A stretch of 64,000 nucleotides of DNA from Lama guanicoe (taxonomy: Eukaryota), in contig MU054400.1 of assembly GCA_013239625.1 (NCBI GenBank), forward strand, positions 913,146 through 977,145, read 5' to 3'. A program made the translations under genes and the position numbers. The notes under the pieces were generated by a model. That model was not told the DNA's origin. It saw only the letters and a list, made by a program, of their open reading frames with translations, and did no database searches. Below are positions 49,972-63,489 of the stretch, piece after piece; the stretch's first letter is position 1, and every line of letters starts with the position of its first letter.

Positions 49972-51696
49972 AGCACATGACTACTCAACTCTAGCAGAGT
50001 GACTAATCTATTCTGGATAACCAAAAACACTGGCTGTGTAATGAAATAATGGAATGACAGCTGACAGTGGGTACCAGATATAGAGACACAGTATGAGACA
50101 GCAAACAGTAGAAACAAGTATGGCCATGAGATCCCTGTTGTGTAAAAGGATTATAGACACTTACTTCCCAGGTCCATAAACGGAGTGCCTCTTGGTTGTT
50201 GAGTGATTTTCACCAATACTGATAAAGACCAAGGCTCTCAGATGTACAAGTGTCATCATCCTGCATGTTACTACTGTCAGTTTAAAAGCTACTACAAAAG
50301 GAGTAAAATCAAATGAACCAAGCAGTTTCCTTGAAATTTCAAGTGTACAGAAACTATTTAATTAAACATTTGTTCTATCATCTGACTTGAAGGTAAAGTT
50401 GAAAATCTTAAATTCAGAAAATTCTTACAGAAACAGAGATTGATACACACCTTGCTGCTCCAGTAGAGAATGTAAACATTTATATTTAGTGTGTCAAATT
50501 CTGATGCCATGAACTAGTAGGTTTTATATAAAAACAAGCCAACATTTTTAGAAGCCTCTGGAATAAAATAGGAGCTCCTCTCACTTTGCCAAGTTCAGAA
50601 CTGCATATAAATAAAAACAGCACTGGTTACAGGAGAGGTGGGGTAAGAATGGGGAAATCACAGCAGTAGTACAGTACTGTTATCCTCCAAAGACTGTTAT
50701 ATATATAAAGTGGGAGAAAACAAATGAGCAATTTGGTAATATTCTTAATTATATCATCCCTTGGTTCTGAGGAAACCAAGATTCTTACTGTAGAAGTAAT
50801 AAACATATAATATAAAAGGAGTGAAAACCCTATGGTTCTGAATTTGAATTATCAGCATGAACTCATGAGGCATTTTATCTTTAAAAAAATTTTTTTTTAT
50901 AATTCTGTCCACTAGAGAGACCTATTAACAATGACAAACCGAGTAACAACAAACATCAGTTAGTTACCAGACTACAACCAAGTCAAAAAGCACTCAGGAG
51001 CCAATCTGAAGAGACCTGGCCAAAGATGGGATAATCTGAACTTCAAAAGGGATAACTAGAAATAACTGAACCCAATCAAATGTTTAAATCCATAAGTTCA
51101 TAATTATACATTTTAAGTACTAATTATTCATCTTTTGAGGATGATAGGCAATCAATTATTTTAAAAACTGGTAAATATACTCTTCCAACATGTGATGGTC
51201 ATGAAAAACAAGGAAAGACTGAAAAACTGTTGCAGATTAGAAGAGACTAAGGAGGCATGACAACAAATTGGACGGGATCCTGAAACAAAAAAGAGACCTT
51301 AGTGGAAGAACTAGGGAAACCCAAACAAAGTCGTTATTTATTTAATAATACTGTGCCAGTGTTACTATCTTAGTCTTGACAAATGATTATTTAAGACAGA
51401 AGTTAATAAACTACAGCCTAGAATCTGATTTTGTACGGTGTGCCAGCTAAGAAAGGTTTTATACAACAAAAGGAAAGAATATGCAACAGAGATTGTGTGT
51501 GGCCTCCAGAGCATAAAATACTGGCTATCTGACCCTTTTTTTCCAAAAAAGTTTGCCAACATTTGATATAAAATGTTAGCATTGAGGGAAGCTGGCTGAA
51601 TGTTACAGAGAACTCTGTATCATTTTCCAACTTTTTTGCAAATCTTAAAATTATTCCAAAGCATTAATTCCAAAATAGTTTTTAAAGAAGAAAATA

Positions 51697-51790
51697 GGAG
51701 AGGGTACAGTTCAGCGGTAGAGAGCATGCTTAGCATACAGGAGGTCCTAGGTTCAATCTTGCATACCTCCAATTCAAAAAAAAGGAAATA
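51697..51790 (+). mobile_element. tRNA-derived SINE (Vic-1-like)
   Basis: GGAGAGGGTACAGTTCAGCGGTAGAGAGCATGCTTAGCAT..GGTTCAATC. Confidence 0.8.
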
Positions 51791-51799
51791 ATAGACTAC

Positions 51800-52700
51800 A
51801 GTAGTAACAAATGAAAGAAAGAAAAGAGAAAAATCAACAAAATCAAAACTTGGCTCTTTGGGGAGGGAGTGGGCACCAACAGAACTGGTAAACCTTTTAG
51901 CCAGAACAACCAGGAAGAGAGAGAGAAGCCTCAACTTATTAAAATTAGGAATGAAATACAGAACATCACCACCAACTTCAGAGGAATAAAAAGGATTATG
52001 AGAATGTCATGAGCAAATATATACCATCAAATGTGTAACCCAGACAAAAATCAACAATTTTGTCTAAAAAGGCAAATTCCCAAAAAGACACAAACTACTG
52101 AAACTGACTCAAGAAAAACTGAAAATGTGTAACAAGTGACTGAATTAGTCATCAAAAAAAATTCCCACAAAGAAAGGTCCAGGCAAAGATGGCTTCACTG
52201 GTAAATTCTACCAAACAATGAAAGAACGAATACCAATCATCAATTTTTCATAAACTTTTCCAAAAAACAGAGAAGGGAAAACTTCATAACTCATTCTATG
52301 AGATCATTATTACCCTGATACCAAAAGCAAAGATACCACAAGAAAACACAACTATAGAAAAATATCCCCCAGCAAAATCCTAGCAAACCCTAGCATACTA
52401 GTACCATATAAAAAAGAATATACACCTTGGCCAGGTTAAGTTTATCCCACGAATGCAAGGTTGTTTTAACATATTAACAATGTAATATGCCCTATTAATA
52501 GAACAGACAAAAACCACATGATCATTTCAACAGACATACAGAAAAAGAATTTGGTAAGATCCAATACCCTTTCAGGATAAAAACAAAACAAAGCAAAATC
52601 AAAAAATTAGAAATAGAAGGGAACTTCCTCAACCTAATAGTCAACTAAAAAAAAAAAAAAAAACCTATGTCTTAACATTATACCTAATGGTGAAAGACAA
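51800..52700 (+). mobile_element. LINE-1 ORF2 fragment (upstream of and into the RT region), degraded
   Basis: gatggcttcactggtaaattctaccaaaca, aactcattctatgag..attaccctgataccaaaa, aaaaccacatgatcatttcaacaga; many stops and frameshifts. Confidence 0.88.
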
Positions 52701-55700
52701 CTGAAAGCTTATGGCTTTAAAAATAAAAGTATACACATACACGCAGGAAAATACCCAAATATACACCCTTGCAATGCAAACTTGAGAAAAACACTGAAAG
52801 TATTATACAGGATACGACCAACAGCAATTTGATAAACCACCACTGTGAAATTATTCATCCATGAAGCATAATCTATAAGATCAAAAGTTATTATAAAAAT
52901 TATCAAATCATAAAGTAGCGTTTGTTTTATTGCTAGAAAGGATCTTCGAGGTAGTAATCCAGTTCAACCCTATACGGTGCCCCTAAGTAATTTCCTCATG
53001 CTTTATTCAGGCACAAGCCTCCTAACTACCAGAAGCAGGTAGTATCCTGCATACCAATCATGCTGCCTCCCAGCTAGGGAGGAAGCTACTTTTTTCTTTT
53101 TTTTAAATCTTCTAAACTGTATTTGGAAATGACAAAATCTCCCTAGAGACAAGGCCCTGAGCAGAGTCTGTCCCCACCAGGTAGTTTTACATCAACTGTA
53201 CAGAACAAAATTAGCAACGAGTGATCTTTGGCACTACTTTAACAGTCTTAATGAATAACAAGGTCTTACTGTTTAGCAGAGGGAACTATATTCAACATCT
53301 TGTAATAACCTATAATGATGGAGAATATGAAAAAGAATATATATATAACTAATCTAAATACTGTACACTAACACAACATTGTAAATCAACTACATTTCAA
53401 TAAAAATTTAAAAAATGAACAGTCTAAGAACGCAGCAATGAGGGTCTAGGCTTGTGTAGTTGCCATGAGAAGGAAGAGATGTAGAGGGAAATGTTTCTTC
53501 TGTAACTTTATACTTGAAGACTGAGAAAAGTGACTACAACACATTCAAGAACTGGGAGAACGCAGTCTACATTAGTCATGGGAAACTTGCAAGACTCAAA
53601 TAAAAAGAGGTACACAGAATAATGGAATGAGAGTTGGAGGCAAGGTGGAAAGCAGTCAGCATAAAGAAAATCACCAGAATTCTAAAGCAGGTGTCCATAC
53701 TGAGAAAAAAAAAAAAAAAAAGAGCACAACTTTCCAGGTTGAGGGTGACGTTCTGCATCTTGATAGGAGACTGGGTTACACAAGTATATGCATCCTACAA
53801 AAAATGATCCGATACACCTGAAATGTCTGTATGCAAATTTCCCCTTAAGGAGGGCAGGGAGACAGGGGGAGAGAGAGAGGAAGGTACCCAGATGAATATT
53901 AAACTCTAGTTAATCATATATAAGCTAAAATGCTCAAGAAGAAAGTATATTGATTTCTTTACTTTGAAATGCATCAAAAAAAAAAAAAGACAGCATAATG
54001 GACAGCTGGCTAGTCAAGTGATAGAACAAATAGAGCAAAAAGGTAACTGTGAGTACATGGGTGTTTCCTGTACAACTCTTTCATCTACTCTTCATATTTG
54101 GACATTTTCATAATAAAATATTAGGGGGGGAAATTTCAGATCAGAAAAGAGGCCCGGAAAAAGGTCAAAAAGAAAGGGCAAAGGAAAAGAAGAGGAAAGA
54201 AAAAGATACTAAACAGGGGCTAAAATAAAAAATATAAATGGAGTTGGAGAAAGACAAACAGTATGTGAGATCACTCATATGTGGAATTAAAAAATAATAC
54301 AAATGAATCTACATACAAAGTACAAACAGACTCACAGACAAGTTTATGGTTACCAAAAGGTAGGGGGGGATAAATCAGGATATGGGAGTAACAGATACAA
54401 ACTACTATACATAAAATAAGCAACAAGGATTTACTGCACAGCACAGGGAACTATATTCAATTTCTTGTAATAACATATAATGGAAAATAAGCTGGAAAAA
54501 AATACATATATAATTGAATCATCAACTTTACCATATACCTGAAACTAACACAATATTATAAATCAACTATACTTCAATTTTTTAAAAAGATAAAAGAAAA
54601 ATATAAATAGGAAAAAAATCCAAGAAAGTGAACTGCAGACCAGTTGTAGAAACTCACTCAGTGTAGGATGTTTATTAAAAGAATGTGCCTTGAAAATTCA
54701 AGACATTTCACACAGAAAATATGGCATATAGAAAAGTCACCGAATACAAGGTACACACACCAAAGCCAGGGGTTCTGGCTGTAACATCTTCTGGAAAGGG
54801 GTGTGGGGTCAATTAAAGCAACAGGGCAGGGGAGAAAACAGCTACAATAATAGCTGTAAAGGCAGCAATACTTAAAAACTGTCTGAGAACTGCCTGTGCT
54901 TCCTAAATGTACACAAGTTACAGAAACAAAGCTTCCTATCATGATTCTATTAAAGTATCTAATAAAATATTTTTTTAAAAAATACTCAAGTTGACAGACT
55001 TTCACTAAAAATTATAAGCAGAAGTTATTAATAACAGCATTTTGCTGTAGGCAACAGTCTAGGGCTTCCACATATTTCTTTATTTTCATTCTGATACTGT
55101 TTCACCCACACATTCCTGTCAAGTCACTATTCACTACCATATGTAAGGTAAATACCAATTACTTAAACTTATTCAGACTTAGCTTTTCCGTTTAAATACT
55201 ATGACTCAAATATTCTTTGCATTTCTCTTCAGTCATATCATCTGTTTTATTCCTAAGAGATTACAGACCATCTAGACATGTGTGAAAACACAGCTGATGC
55301 ACTTAACAGCTGGTTAACAAGCGCAGTATTGCAATACTAGCACAGCAAATTGATGAAATATAAAACATTTTAAATTGGAACTTTAAATATTTTTTACCTT
55401 TGCCAGCTACCCTAGTCAAAGAGAAAATTACTCTAAATATTTGATGGTCAAAGCACCAAAGATAAATTAAGCGTATGATAGGAAAGTTGCCAGGCTAAGC
55501 TCTAGGATGCCCAGAGATCTGTACAGCTTGTGAAATCAGAGGAAAAAGCAGACTCAACAGGTAATTCAAGGTTAAACAAAGTTTTACACCCTCCTCTACA
55601 ACAAGCATTAGTGACATCCACCATACAACTGTGAAGATGAAAACAAGCTTTGCCAAGAAAAGCAGCATTACTAACTCCCTTCCTCTGGATCTCTCTTCCA

Positions 55701-56115
55701 TTCACTTGGCTCATTACGAGCTGAAGTTACTTTCACAATGAAGAATGTATTGATAGCTTTTCTAGTGGAGCCAAATATTTTTTGCTTGATCTGTCACCCA
55801 GTAAATTTGGAAAATATAATGAAGTAGGATTTTTTTTTAATCATCCTATACCCACCACTCAGAGATAAGCATTAATTAACAAAGTCTACTAGTGTTTTTT
55901 TTCTTAAGTGCTTTAATAATTGTGCTATATTGTAAGTATACTTTGGCGTCCCTTCTCAGTTGATCAGGAACAAGGCATTTTCCGTCATAATCTCAAACAT
56001 TATTATAATCGCTTCATAACCTATGTGGACTATACAATAGGAATAAAAGTTACCACTTACTGAATATAACTTATGCAATTTCTAATTCCTTACAACCATC
56101 CTACAAAGTAAATAT

Positions 56116-56521
56116 TGTGAAAATTAATAAAGGGAAACCTCACTAAAATGGAGGCAGGAGGCCAGAAGGGGAAGCTCTCATGTACTACCACTGAAGGCCA
56201 ATTACAGGAAAAATTACCATTGCAGATCCAAGTTGGAAAAGATGTATATTGCCTCTCATGCAAGAAATCAACTACTCTAGCAACTCAGCTAATGAGAAAC
56301 CCTCCCTACCCTGAACTCTCACTTTTCTCTAATGGACTTTCATTCAGGACAACCCCTCTCAACTTCCTCCTTTCCCTCTATAAAATAACATTCCTCTTCT
56401 TTGTTTGTAGGACTTGCCTACAGTTTTTGCCGTTGCTTGCTTGTTCTGAATTACAATTCTCTGCTATTCTCACATAGACTCATTTTTGCTGGTAAAATAG
56501 CCTTTATTTTTCAGTTCAACA
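56116..56521 (+). mobile_element. Solo LTR (ERV-type) inserted into a MIR-like element
   Basis: TG...CA termini, internal CTATAAAA TATA-like box, near-identical 4-bp flanks ATAT and TTAT; MIR-like text on both sides. Confidence 0.7.
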
Positions 56522-58891
56522 TTATCCTACTTAATGTTGCATTTGAAAAACCTGGAGTTTTTTCTCTCTCTACACAATACTAGATAACCAAGTGATAAAA
56601 TTGGTTCCTGGTTTATAAAACAAACCTACGTCCTATGTGTACATCATGATATGATGCACTAAGAACGGATCATCACTTCTGTGGTATTTCTACCAAAAAT
56701 GCATAACCCAATTCTAATCATGAGGAAATATCAGACAGGCCAAAACTGGGAGACATTCTACAAAATAAGTGGCCTATATTCTTCAAATATGTCAATGTCA
56801 TGCAACAGAGGAAGCTCCACATTAAAGGAGACTAAAGAGAACTGACACCTAAATCCAATGATTGAATACAAAGGACTTAACTAGCTAAAAAGGACCTTAC
56901 TGGGACAATCAGAAAAATATGCATTAGGACAATCTGTGGATTACATTAGATGAGTTGATTTCCTGATTTTTGATAATTGTACTGTGATTATGTAAAAGAA
57001 GGCCCCTGTTTTCTAAAATACACACACTGAAGAATTTAGGGTAAAGAAGCACCGTATCTGCAGCTTCTTCTCAAAAGGTTCAAGGGGAAAGCTGTGTGTA
57101 GTGTCTCCTCTGTTGAATGAAAGAAAAGGATCGACAATAAAGATGGTAAAAATGTTAACATCTGAAGAGATCTGGATGAAGGATATTCAGGAATTGTGTC
57201 TATACTCTTGAAACTTTTCTCGAATTTTCAAAACAAGGTTTTGTTTTGTTTTAACTGAGGTTCATGAGTCTTAAGTACTTCATCTAATTGGTAAAGTGCC
57301 AAACTCAGGGCCCAAGCCTAGTCTTATTCAGATTCAAATGAGCTCATGGTCTCCTCTCTCACATCCTGCTACCTCGACAGGGTACCTCTGTACACCTCTA
57401 CCATTAATATCTGCAATTTGGCAATAAGCATCATGTGGAAGAAGGCACACCTACACCCCACCCCCAATTTCAGGTTGCTTCCTTAGGAAATACCTTCCAG
57501 AACAGAGTTAATGGATAAATGAACCATTTTACCAACAGCGTTTTGAGAAATTCTCACAATACTTTTTTTTAAAGGAAAATTAGAAATCTAAGGTTCTAGA
57601 AATCTTTCCCAAAGCTCAGTGGGCAGCTTTTTCTTCTAATTATACAAAATGAGCCGTCCATCCCCAAAGGGCCAAAGGAAGAACTACCAGACATGACTCT
57701 CAGCAGGGAAGGAGCCCTCCGCTCCTCCCTCCATCCTGGAGACTCTGACTCTCCAGAAATCACCCAAAGGACTTTATTTGGGTACGAGACGGAGACAGTT
57801 TATATTTCCAACAGTTCACTTTTAATTTTTAATCTTTACTGAATTGATAAACAACAAAATGCTTTAATTTATATTTCTTTTATTATTAGCAGGGCTGCAC
57901 ACATGATTACTCCTGACTTGTATTTCTTCTCTGATAAGAGGCTATTTATGAAACATTTTCTTAAACATTCATCTATAAAGGGAGCACCTAGTCCAAAAGT
58001 CCAAATTTTTCCCACAATAGACAATCTTTCTTGGTCAGTTGTGAATAAATACCTATCAGGGTAAACACTATTTAGGAGCAAGCACTGAGCAGCAGAGATG
58101 TCTGTTGATAGCAGCAAAATGCAAGGCTAACCTTATACTGAAAAATGTGATGCAACAACTGAGTTGAGTCCACTTCCTGTGTCCCTTAACATCAACAAGG
58201 AACTCGGGTATGAATGATTATTTTAAAAACCTGTAATTAGTTATCAAAGTCAAATCATCAATCTGGAATCATAATGAACTTCATAAGCTTTATTCACTTA
58301 CTTCCACACTGTCTCCGTAAAAAGGTTTGCCAACCTGGTCAACATGTATAGCATGCTCAACTCAGCACAGGTACTGTGCTGAGTTGGCATTTTACTTGGA
58401 TTGTCTCACTTCATTTAAAATAATACAAAAAAACTGCAAAGGAGGGACTATTTAACATTAAATATTTTATACAACTGGATTTTGTTCTTTAAAAGCCATT
58501 CTAAGTTTAAAACACTTTTCCCAAGTAATGATGCATGGAAGAAAAGGCAGCTTTTTTAAGTCTGCCATAATTCAGGTATTTCTCTACTTCAGAGTATTAC
58601 TTCTCCATGTACTTGGGATTTTCACATTAACATTACAGGGACATATCTAGATAAATAATAAAGAAACAGAGATGGTCTAGATGCTAACAGATAGGAGAAA
58701 AAAGTCAGTTAAGGAAGAACATCCAACTGTACCTGAATCATTATCTCCTCTTCCCTATCGCATACTACCTACTTTCCAAAAACAAGTTTCAAAATCCTAA
58801 AATTTCCTACAAAGGAGAACATTGAAGCATATGTGTCCCCTTAATTTCTGTAATTCTGAGCAAAGCAAAGCAGAGTTCCATAAAAACTTAC

Positions 58892-58990
58892 CTGTACCAC
58901 TTGTTTCTGTAGCTGTGTTGCCTGTGTCGCTGAAATCTGTGTTTTTTCCCGAGCACTTCTGGAACGGTCACTGCTCACTGAAGTCATCAT
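58892..58990 (-). CDS. UBAP2: UBAP2 first coding exon (exon 2), MMTSVSSDRSRSAREKTQISATQATQLQKQVVQ; full exon 58892-59031 including 41 nt of 5'UTR
   Basis: Matches the UBAP2 N-terminus as I recall it; acceptor cttgcag| at 59032, donor CAG|gtaagt at 58891; 99 coding nt, phase 0. Confidence 0.96.
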
Positions 58991-59306
58991 ATACAGTATA
59001 TACAAAATAATGTATGCACAAAATAGAAAATCTGCAAGAGAGCAAGCATGGTAAGCAAAACTCTGAAATCGCAGAAAACAGCAAGGATAAAATTCAAGGA
59101 TAAGGAGGAAACGTGGTAAAACGTAAAGGTGTCCTAGAGTGTAAATTCTCAAGAAAACAATCCATTAGAATTTTAAATTTTCCTGGAAGCTTTGAAGCCA
59201 GTTTTACTTATGCAATCTAAACGTCTATGTTTATGATTATAGCAACTCTAAACAATAAAGTATCAACTATCACCAATTTTAACCAGCCATTACTTTACCC
59301 CTATAT

Positions 59307-59627
59307 CATCAGCCCTCCAAATCCACAGGTTCTGCCTCCACAGGTTCAACTAACCGCAGATCAAAAATATTAGGAAATATTTTTTTCAGAAAGTTCCAAA
59401 AAGCAAAACTTCAAATTTGCCATGCTATAAAAATTATTTACAAGGCATTTACATTGTATTAGGTATTATAAGTAATCTAGAGATGATTTAAAAGTACACA
59501 GGAGGATGTGTGTAAAGTTATATGCAAATATTATGGCATTTTTGTAAGGGACATGAGCATCCATGGATTTTGGAATCCAAGGCAGGTACCGGAACCAATC
59601 TGGTGTAGATACCAAGGAACAATTGTA
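59307..59627 (-). mobile_element. MER2-like TcMar-Tigger DNA transposon remnant
   Basis: catttacattgtattaggtattataagtaatctagagatgattta..gaggatgtg..ttatatgcaaata..gagcatccatggattttgg. Confidence 0.85.
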
Positions 59628-61016
59628 TGTAGTTACTACTACATGTAGTATTTTTTTTCCTACATGTAGTTTTATCTACCTCTTCCCATTTGCAGCTGGT
59701 ATTTGAACCCAAAGTCAACATTACATCCAGCCAAGATTTTACGAGCAATAACCTAATTCAAAATGTGATGTCCAGCAGCAAGCTATAACTTAAGGCAAAA
59801 ACCATTTATAAACACTAAATATTCCAAAGAGACAAAAACAACTGCGCATGTAATTTTCCTTTATTTATTCAACAAATACTTATTCTAGCTTGGGATGGTC
59901 ACAGGCTACTTTTCTTAAAAATAATCTGAATATTCATAGCAACTTTATTAACAATCCACCCAAACTGGAATATCCCCAATGTCCTTCAAAGAATGAGTAA
60001 TCTATAGCCTAGCCACACAAATGAGTATTACTCAGCAATAATGAACAAGGATGTATCTCAAATACATTATGCTAAGTGAAAGAAGCCAGACTCAAAAAAG
60101 GCTGTACACCGTATAATTCCATTTTATAACATTTTATAACATTCTGGAAAACACAAAACTAGAGACAGAAAACATCAATGGTTGCCAAGAACAAGGGGGA
60201 CAACAAAGGGGCGTAACACAGCAGACAGGAGGGTCCTCCAAATGACAGCAAAAAAAAAAAAAATTAAGATGGTATCTTGACAGCTGACAGCGGCCTATTG
60301 AGCAACCAAATCTAATCAGTGCAGGACAACAGAGGGCTACCAAAGAGATGCCTCCAAGAAAATGTTTCTGACCATTCTAAGAAGTTAATTTGCACATGAA
60401 ATAAAGTATAGAGTTTAATCAGTGGTGGGTACATGGAAACCTAGGCAACTGTGGGGAAAAAAAATAAGACCTCCACAAAAGGCAATATGACTCAACTGTA
60501 ATGTTTATATGGTTACAACAACTTTTTATTTAAATTTACTATGTGCTGAGCACCAAGCTAAATGTTTCACATAAATCACTCCCTGTAATCCTCAACACTC
60601 AACAGAACTTGGCATAATCCCCATTTTAAGAATCAGAAATAAAACTTGGAAAGGTTCTACACAGACCAGTGAGATGCAATACAATGAGTCCCAACCACTT
60701 ATTTCCTAGGGTACAGAGCCTACAAACCAAACTAGGTACTAAATTACAAAATAACTGTTGTCTTCATCAACTTAAACTAGCAGAACAGTGGCAGAAGGCC
60801 AAGATGGAGACAAACTCTTAATTATGAAAGCAAGCCACACAACATCCAGCTGTAGACAACGCAGTCTCGAGAGCACAAGACCCATGGCTGGAGACACCAC
60901 ACTTTACAGCCCACCTTCAGCACGCCTTATCATCTCCCTAACCTTCCCCGACAGTCAGACACACCCAGAAAAACAGCAACGCTGAAAACGAACATTTAAA
61001 ATAACGTGGAAGCAAG

Positions 61017-61150
61017 GGGGGGAGGGTATAGCTCAAGTGGAAGAAAGAATGCTTAGCATGTACGAGGTCCCGGGTTCAATCCCCAGTACTTCCTCTAAAA
61101 AAATAAAGAAATAAATCTAATTACCTCCCTTCCAAAATAGTAATAACAAC
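61017..61150 (+). mobile_element. tRNA-derived SINE (Vic-1-like) with target-site duplication
   Basis: Full body; AAC(G/A)TGGAAGCAA on both flanks. Confidence 0.85.
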
Positions 61151-62287
61151 AACATGGAAGCAAAACCTTTTATATTTTCAAGATTTTTAAATCACTGCTT
61201 GAATCGAATGTCCGCTGGAACTCTGCAACTAGGGGGTCACTGGTGACCATTGCCAATACAGCTTTAAAAGAGTGACGCAGAAAAAGTCAAGGTGAATGAG
61301 GGAGAGAGCAAACTAGTATATGCAAAGGGTAGTAGCTAGGAGGAGATACAGAGCATCAAAATAGAATTTCTTAAGGATGAGGTACACTGAGCAAGTCTAA
61401 GACATGGTAAGCCCCGTGAGGACAGTGACTGTATCTGTCCTGTCACTTTTGTTCTTCCAGGGCCTAACATGGGGTGTATGCTTAATTAGTTACTATATAT
61501 TTATTGAATAAAAGAGGCCTACCTGTATAAGCTGAAGAGGAGATAATTTAGAGGCATTAAACTGAGACAGTAATAAAGGAAAATGATTCACTTGGACAAA
61601 AAAGGGGATCCCTCTCCTGAGTCCAGAAGAATACAGAAAGGGGCAGGTATGGCAGCTGCTAGATGTTTAGATTAGGAAAGACAGTCAAAAGAATTGGTTC
61701 TGTCTAACTTTACTTTTTCAGTAAGAGACAGAACACCTGAAGAGAATACTAGATAAGGGGGTGGGGGCGGTGGAGGAATGTAAGGAAATGGCAAAGGTTT
61801 GTAACAGCTATGAAGATAAATATGAGAGGAAGCTGATTTTAAAAAAGAATTAAAAAGAACTGAGGAGCGACACTGAGGATCCCAACTGAAAGCAAAAATC
61901 CTGAATTATCTAGGGGCACATGTTACCAAGAAATCAACTAGAATGTCAAAAAGTCAGGATCACAACTTAAATGAATAATCAAGATAGATTTGGGTTAAGA
62001 GGAATAGATCCCTTGCTGAAACATACAACTGAAAAGAACTTAAATTTTAAACTAGGAAAAGCCCACTTTACTCAAGGCCAGGATGATGTCATCAGGTGAA
62101 GAGCGGCTCATATCTACCTCTAACACTGGGGCCTTCCTCATAAGCTTAAGGCTTCAATGCATATGTGAAAACATCCCTTCCTAAAGAATGCTCTCTCTCC
62201 AGTTTATTACAGTCCTGGCTGCCAGATTCACCACCTTACAACGGGTAAAAATAACACTTTAAAGTAATGTTTGTCATGAAAGAAGTT

Positions 62288-62365
62288 GGGAGAGTATAGC
62301 TCAGTGGCAGAGGGCGTGCTTGGGAAGCACAAGGTCCTAGATTCAAATCCCAGTGTCTCCATTAA
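62288..62365 (+). mobile_element. tRNA-derived SINE (Vic-1-like, short)
   Basis: GGGAGAGTATAGCTCAGTGGCAGAG..GATTCAAATCCCAGTGTCTCC. Confidence 0.75.
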
Positions 62366-63489
62366 GTAGGGTGGAAATGCTTTGTCATTGAAGATGTGTT
62401 TTATTCTAATATACTGACTCAATCTTTTGGCCCATTAAATACTTAAGATAATCTGATGAAAACTATGGGCACCTCCCCTCAGAAATATGCATATCCACAC
62501 AAAATTCTGCCTGAAATCTCATGAGGTTTGCATCTCCTTTCCCTTCCCCCCGAAACCCATGCGTGGACAACCCATGCCACCCCTTCAATGCCCATGGAAG
62601 CCTAGGCTAAAAACCCTGCACTAAGATTTTAGTAGAGACCTAAAATGTACTTAAGGTTATCCTTGATCAGGCAAAATTAAAAATACAACTCCTCATTTCA
62701 TCATGAAACTTTGTGAAGAGACTAGAGAACCACAATCCTGGAAATCAACAATATTTCTGCTGTAAAGAATGTGTACTAATCTTACCCTTTTCTTAAAAAG
62801 TGGCTCCTGAAATCAATCCTGGATAAATCTGAGACACTGAGAAGAAAAAGACAAAATTAAAAAATGCTCAAGACTTGTACTGGGCTAATGCTGTGGTCAA
62901 GAAATATTTACGGAAGGAGGTTAAGAATTACAAAATGAACTAAGGTCAAGCGGCATTACAAACATCTTTTTTTGTAGAATAGAGGCATTCCTAGCAAAGC
63001 TAATTACAGTCTTCAGTTTTTAGAACTGCAAATTCAACTAAGTATTTTCAGACACTCCAGGAACCAGTTTAACTCCAAATTATCAGATTCTCTGTGCAAC
63101 GTGGATATTATAATAACTGTTTTTATAGGTGAGTACACAAACCTATCACACAGACCCAGGCAAAGTAATAAGGGAGCCGTGATGTACAAGTCCATTTTGA
63201 TGCCAAAATTTGGACTCTTTCCACTATTTCACACTTTCTAGCTCCTTAATAAGTTCTCTTTAGAAATCTGTGGACTCGAAGCCTTCAAAAATTAATACCC
63301 CCATCACTGTACAATATGAATGTACTTAATATCACTGAACTGTACACCTCAAAAATGGTTACGAGGGTAAATTTTATGTTACACATATTTTACCACAATT
63401 TTTAAAAATGAATTCACTCAATGAACTTTGCTCATAATTATCAAATAATTAAAGAAAAAATAATTCTAATTGTTCAAATATTACTCTAG

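Noticed and set aside
49560..50350. Unique-looking stretch that might be a processed pseudogene
   Set aside because: No sustained reading frame, poly(A) tail or flanking duplication, and no parent gene recognised; BLAST would be needed.
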